A stretch of 64,000 nt of DNA from an uncultured Nitrososphaeraceae archaeon. GTDB taxonomy: Archaea > Thermoproteota > Nitrososphaeria > Nitrososphaerales > Nitrososphaeraceae. The notes beneath the pieces were generated by a model. It saw only the letters and a list, made by a program, of their open reading frames with translations, had not been told where the DNA came from and searched no databases. Positions 59,012 to 64,000 of the stretch are shown here, piece by piece. How positions within the stretch are numbered: the stretch's first letter is position 1; each line of letters starts with the position of its first letter. The DNA is taken from positions 1-64,000 of the forward strand of contig CAVSMN010000017.1 in the NCBI GenBank assembly GCA_963729045.1, given 5' to 3'. The position numbers and the translations under genes were made by a program.

Positions 59012-60217
59012 TTATTGACCTGGATTCTTATTCTTTCTTTCTTTTATATATTCAAAGAATAAGGTTGATAACCCACCGGCAAATCCTGCCATTATTAATG
59101 TTATCATCGAACCATAGGCTGACCAAAAGTTTTTTAGTTCTTCTTGAAAAGTTAATGGCTCGATTACATTAACTGTGAAATTCCCATTTTTGATTTCGTA
59201 CCCTTTAGTATCAATAAATATTGGATATTTATTCTGGAAATCGATAAAATTCGAAGGAAAATTGGATCCAAATGAAATATTGGCCGTAATCGGAATAGCA
59301 TGTATCCCTATTTTAGCATCTTCTGGAGCACTAATTCCGATTTGGACAGGTTCGGTAGTTGAACCGCCGATTGTGGAATTAGTAAGATTATCGTTTTGAT
59401 TTATTAATTCAATATCAAGAGATGTATAATTTTCTAAGCCAGATAAATCGGTAATGGCAGATATTTTGCCACTACTTGATAAGATTTGCAGTCCTATTGT
59501 TTTTGTTTCACCCTTTCTTAAAGTGATATCTTCAGGTGAGGTAGATATTGTGAATGCATCATCAGGAATATTTATCCAATTAGTTAAATCGATTCCTATC
59601 GTCCCATCATTATATGATACTAAGTTATAAAACATCATTCTGTATGATGGGCTGACAGAAATCTTTCCCATGTCGATAGAAAATACTACATAATTGTTAT
59701 TCCCCTCAAAACTATTGTAACCACTATAGTTTTGTTGCAGATCTATTATTTTATATTGACCCAGAGAAGAATATTCCAGTAACAGTTTGTTCCAATTCTG
59801 CAAATTTACTGAACCAGTGTTGTTAATCCATTGGAGTTCTAACTGGTAGTCAACACCTTCTTTACCCGTTGAAGAATCCCTGTCACCATCAATTAATATC
59901 CCATATGCTACGGAAGAGATATTCTTGATATCGTCCGATCTCAAGAGATTATCACCAATCCACATTGTAGAATTTAATTGGTTCATTTTTTCAAAAAATG
60001 CAACTCTTTGTACATCTAGTGCCGACGTTGAGAGGGCATTAAATGACTTGTTTTGAACTATCTCTCCGGATTCTAAACTTATTATTTTAACATCCTTCAA
60101 TTCGTCCATTATTTCTTTTCTTGGAATATCAGAATAAACGGAGACAACAAATATTGGAATAGAATATAATAACAGGCAAGGAATTAGACAAGCTACAACA
60201 AGGATTAGTGACTGCAT
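59012..60217 (-). CDS. Secreted, C-terminally anchored protein
   Basis: Signal peptide, beta-rich core and C-terminal TM. Confidence 0.8.
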   Translation of the reverse strand: MQSLILVVACLIPCLLLYSIPIFVVSVYSDIPRKEIMDELKDVKIISLESGEIVQNKSFNALSTSALDVQRVAFFEKMNQLNSTMWIGDNLLRSDDIKNISSVAYGILIDGDRDSSTGKEGVDYQLELQWINNTGSVNLQNWNKLLLEYSSLGQYKIIDLQQNYSGYNSFEGNNNYVVFSIDMGKISVSPSYRMMFYNLVSYNDGTIGIDLTNWINIPDDAFTISTSPEDITLRKGETKTIGLQILSSSGKISAITDLSGLENYTSLDIELINQNDNLTNSTIGGSTTEPVQIGISAPEDAKIGIHAIPITANISFGSNFPSNFIDFQNKYPIFIDTKGYEIKNGNFTVNVIEPLTFQEELKNFWSAYGSMITLIMAGFAGGLSTLFFEYIKERKNKNPGQ

Positions 60218-60655
60218 ATTCTTAACAAAGCATAAGGTTGACGAAAAAGTTATTTGTTTGTTGCTTGTAACTTACCATCTAAATACAACCCTGTAGTAAT
60301 AAACCACAGAAAAGATGTACACTATTTCAAGATTAATTAATCAGATTCGGTTAGTCCGGGATTAATTCTTCCACCCTTTGACTAAAGATGGAAGACAATT
60401 TGAGTTCTAAATCATTCTCGTAAATACTCGAACATAATAGTAAATAATCCATGTTGAGGGATATCAAGTGGATCAAATAAATATTAAAATTGATGGGTTG
60501 TCTTAACATAACTATAATGCTTCTTCATTCCTTTGCTTTGTTGTCTTTGTTTGTATTGATCTCATTTTTTACATCAAACATAATTCCTAAGTAATAATTC
60601 AATCCTAGGAATTTCATTCCAGAAGGATTGTTGTCAACCCCTGCTTCTATCCCCT

Positions 60656-60949
60656 ATGGCCTCTTCAGGAAATAACCTCTATATTGTATGGCCAGATAAT
60701 AAGACTGGAAATTGGGAATTATTTTTTACTAGAAGTATAGACGGAGGACATATTTTTGAGGTGCCAATCAACATAAGTAATAATACGTCTTTTTCAGCCA
60801 ATGCTACCATAATAGCTCATGAAAATCATGTATCCATCACATGGTGGGATAACAAGACCGGCGAAATACAACCGTTCGTAAGGTCAAGTCATGACAACGG
60901 CGAGAGTTTTGAGAATGCTTTGATGTTAAACACTTCTTTCATTGGTTAG
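60656..60949 (+). CDS. BNR/Asp-box (sialidase-like) repeat protein or fragment
   Basis: RSIDGG..F and RSSHDNGESF. Confidence 0.65.
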   Translation: MASSGNNLYIVWPDNKTGNWELFFTRSIDGGHIFEVPINISNNTSFSANATIIAHENHVSITWWDNKTGEIQPFVRSSHDNGESFENALMLNTSFIG

Positions 60950-61457
60950 AAGTTTCAGTGTATAGTCAGAATAACATCCAGAGATTAGTGATAGTAAATA
61001 GGAATTGAATTCATTTTTCAATCAATCAGAGTATTTTCCATCATTTTTTTACAATTTTCTAGGTTTGTTTTTTTTATGTCAGTGATATATCTTACTCTTT
61101 TACCTTGTTTTCTTAAATTAATTATACTGTCTTGGATCACAGATGATTCAAAAATTAATGGTAACCCATCTGTAGTTCCATAGCCGCCTAATTGATTGAC
61201 TGAATTAATGTACTTTAATGAAACTATTTGTTATGTCTGCGGGGTTTTCAAGAATCTTAAAAGACAAACCTATCCCCCCGAGACTAGATGAATTAGGTGC
61301 AAAATAAACAGATGGGGATGCGTGCTTTATTATCAAAAAATGATAAATTTCATATTATTTAATACTAAACATAAAATTTCTAAACTCTAAGGTCGCTTAT
61401 AACTTATCAATAGTTTTTAAATTAACAGGGTGTATGCTTTTTAAATTCTCGATCCAT

Positions 61458-61640
61458 TAGTTAACTGGCTGCAACTTACTTTTTATTTGGTCTAACAAAG
61501 GCGTATTAAAATCTTCTAGATTCATCTTATGGTCATTTTTTCCATGTTCGATAACTTTTTTTATAATTTCTATTTCATCATCCCCCTTTACTACATAATC
61601 GTAATCAAACCTACAATTGAAACTGATAAGGTCTTTAATA
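61458..61640 (-). pseudogene. DUF1059-like small metal-binding protein remnant
   Basis: FD.DYVVKGDDE.EI...IEHGK..H; Cys positions degenerate. Confidence 0.45.
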
Positions 61641-63121
61641 ATCCAACTCCTGATTTATTTGGAGGTAAAAAACCCCAAACTAGGAGATATATGATCAGGC
61701 ATTAAATACTAGTTTAAACGTTATCTATTGAAAAGAATACATCTTCAGTTCGGTACGGATAATTTGAATAGAAGGCATTCACAATTGGTCTAACTTGCTC
61801 CTACTTTAGTCAAGTCTAGATAAAATAATTTTTGTTATAATTAAATACTATCCTAAACATATCTCACTACCGTATACACCATCTCGAGTCTACGAGATGA
61901 ATCCTAAAATTGGATAAGGATGCCATAGCATACCAGAACACCCTTTTTCCCAGCCTCATTACTAGTGCTACTGTATCTTTTTAATACTTCAGGATTGACC
62001 TATACCGATAGGAACTAAATAGATAACAAAGTAGAAAGCATTCTATATTACTATATTACTATATTACTTATTCCATCGTTCCAAGACAAAGACTACGTTC
62101 AACTGCTATCCTATATCACCAGTCAAGTCTAGTGCTGATTCGGTTGCGATGATATCTTATATTGCTAAACTGGCTTGTCTTGTCCATAGTCTCTACCGCC
62201 GATGACCTTCCATATTCTATATACAAACCTATTCTTCATCAGCGGAAACCTGAATTAAAAAAAATCAATTACGACCAAGGATGAATGAGGAGACTATGAA
62301 GAAATTTGTAACCTAGAATTCTGACTCATTACTCTGTCAAAACACCATTGTATTCATATACTGTGGGAAAATGTTATTTAAGTAAATTACAACCATCAAG
62401 TTAGAATATCTAACTGTAGTAACTATTTACTCAATAGCCTCAACCAGTGCTAGCTAGCTTTTTATTAACGGGTATTCGTTACTCATATAGCGTAACAGTA
62501 ACTATACTATTGAATTGTAGAATAGTCAATACATATGATCAATTATTAATATAAAAGACTAATGGGTACAATAGAATCATATGTAAACTAAACTAAACAA
62601 GTAGAGATGTAATGAGTGGTTCAGGGAAGATTCAATTTTTGATGTAAATAGAAATATTATGGTGAAAATTAACCTCTGGGTTTGATATGGAGGTCAACAA
62701 TAATGGCATTGGTTATAATATTTCAGATTGTATAAATAGATAGGATCACAATGGTTTTTGATTCTTTCATTGTTATCCGTAGGACAACCTTCTAAAGATG
62801 TTGTAATATATCGATTTGGAGACTTGAGAACCCTTGTTAAATATGAATCAAAAATGTGCAGGTTCATATTCTTCATATATTATCATTATAAAACAGACAA
62901 AGACACAGTCTATTGTAATCAATCGGTTTTATAATCACTTGACATTTAGAACCATATTTTTGACATATTTGATCAGATATAATAAGACCATTATTGCTAG
63001 TACCTATTTAGATTTAGTTTTAATCAAAATGTTCAATTTTTAACGGCCAGAATGAGTTTGATATTAAATAGGATTATCATTAAGAGATACATCCAGGTTA
63101 GAAGTAATAAGCCTAACCTAA

Positions 63122-64000
63122 TTACTGAGATTTGAGAGATGTCATGTCAATGCAGAAGCGATACTTTACATCTGCGCGGGACAATCTCTCATAAGCCTCG
63201 TTGACCTTCTGAATTGGAATAATTTCTACGTCAGAGGTGATGTTATGCTTGCTACAAAATTCAAGCATTTCCTGAGTTTCGGCGATACCTCCAATAAGCG
63301 AGCCCGAGAGGCTGCGACGATTAAACAAAAGGCTTAAGGCAGAGACAGCATGGGGCTTGTCCGGCGCGCCGACGAGTGTTAGGTTGCCATCGGGGCGGAG
63401 TAATTGAAGATATGCATTAATGTCGTGCTCTGCAGAGACTGTGTCAATAATAAAGTCGAAACTGCTTACGTGCTTGCTCATCTCGTCGGTATTTCGCGAA
63501 ACAACCACTTCGTCTGCGCCTAGGCGCACCGCATCTTCTTTCTTATTAAGGGAAGTAGTAAAAACTACGACATGTGCTCCAAGTGCATGAGCAAACTTTA
63601 CGGCCATATGACCTAGGCCTCCTAAACCTACCACCCCAACCTTTTTTCCTGTTGTGACGCCCCAATGACGCATGGGGGAGTATGTAGTTATACCAGCGCA
63701 TAAGAGAGGAGCAGTCCCGGCGAGATTCAAGTTAGAAGGAACGTGTAGAACAAAGTGCTCCTTGACCACAATACTGTCAGAGTAGCCCCCATATGTGACA
63801 CCTCCAAGGTGAGAGTCTGGAGAGTTATAGGTCAAGGTCATGTGTGGACAGAACTGCTCCAGACCAGACTGACAGTTGGGACAGTTACCATCGGAGTCGA
63901 CCAAACAGCCGACTGCAGCGAGGTCACCGGGCTTGAACTTGGAGACTGCGGAACCAACCTTGGTGACACGGCCGACGATCTCATGTCCAGGAACGCATGG
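63122..64000 (-). CDS. Zn-dependent NAD(P) alcohol dehydrogenase (cinnamyl-ADH/YahK-like), 5' part outside the window
   Basis: PGHEIVG, APLLCAGITTYSP, GLGGLG and YRFCID. Confidence 0.92.
   Translation of the reverse strand, partial: PCVPGHEIVGRVTKVGSAVSKFKPGDLAAVGCLVDSDGNCPNCQSGLEQFCPHMTLTYNSPDSHLGGVTYGGYSDSIVVKEHFVLHVPSNLNLAGTAPLLCAGITTYSPMRHWGVTTGKKVGVVGLGGLGHMAVKFAHALGAHVVVFTTSLNKKEDAVRLGADEVVVSRNTDEMSKHVSSFDFIIDTVSAEHDINAYLQLLRPDGNLTLVGAPDKPHAVSALSLLFNRRSLSGSLIGGIAETQEMLEFCSKHNITSDVEIIPIQKVNEAYERLSRADVKYRFCIDMTSLKSQ

Overview
AT-rich, low-coding-density archaeal DNA. The gene families (thaumarchaeal-type tyrosine integrase, MEDS, DUF1059, PepSY, small Zn-finger proteins, TATA boxes close to start codons) point to Nitrososphaeraceae, probably Ca. 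Nitrosocosmicus; this is inference. The window is an accessory region built largely from decayed integrative elements. It holds a degenerate tyrosine integrase with the 3' half of a tRNA-Val inside it (att site, 3590-3632), an intact AEP primase-polymerase and a second decayed copy, and many small paralogous or secreted Cys-rich genes. Other content: a kdpABC operon, an MFS transporter, two MBL-fold proteins, a DUF1326/DUF2182 pair, an HtrA-like protein with substituted catalytic residues, CAP, CHRD, USP and ADH. The most notable pattern is a dispersed family of sites, all in the same orientation, that carry the same tRNA-Val 3' end. Four of them are fused to a conserved dyad (ATTGT-7 nt-ACAAT). 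These sites bracket 0.5-2 kb gene-bearing segments, and one gene occurs twice, each time next to a site. This looks like an integrase-driven cassette or mini-element array. Many genes are broken by single-base indels that may be sequencing errors. No intact tRNA, rRNA or CRISPR array was seen.
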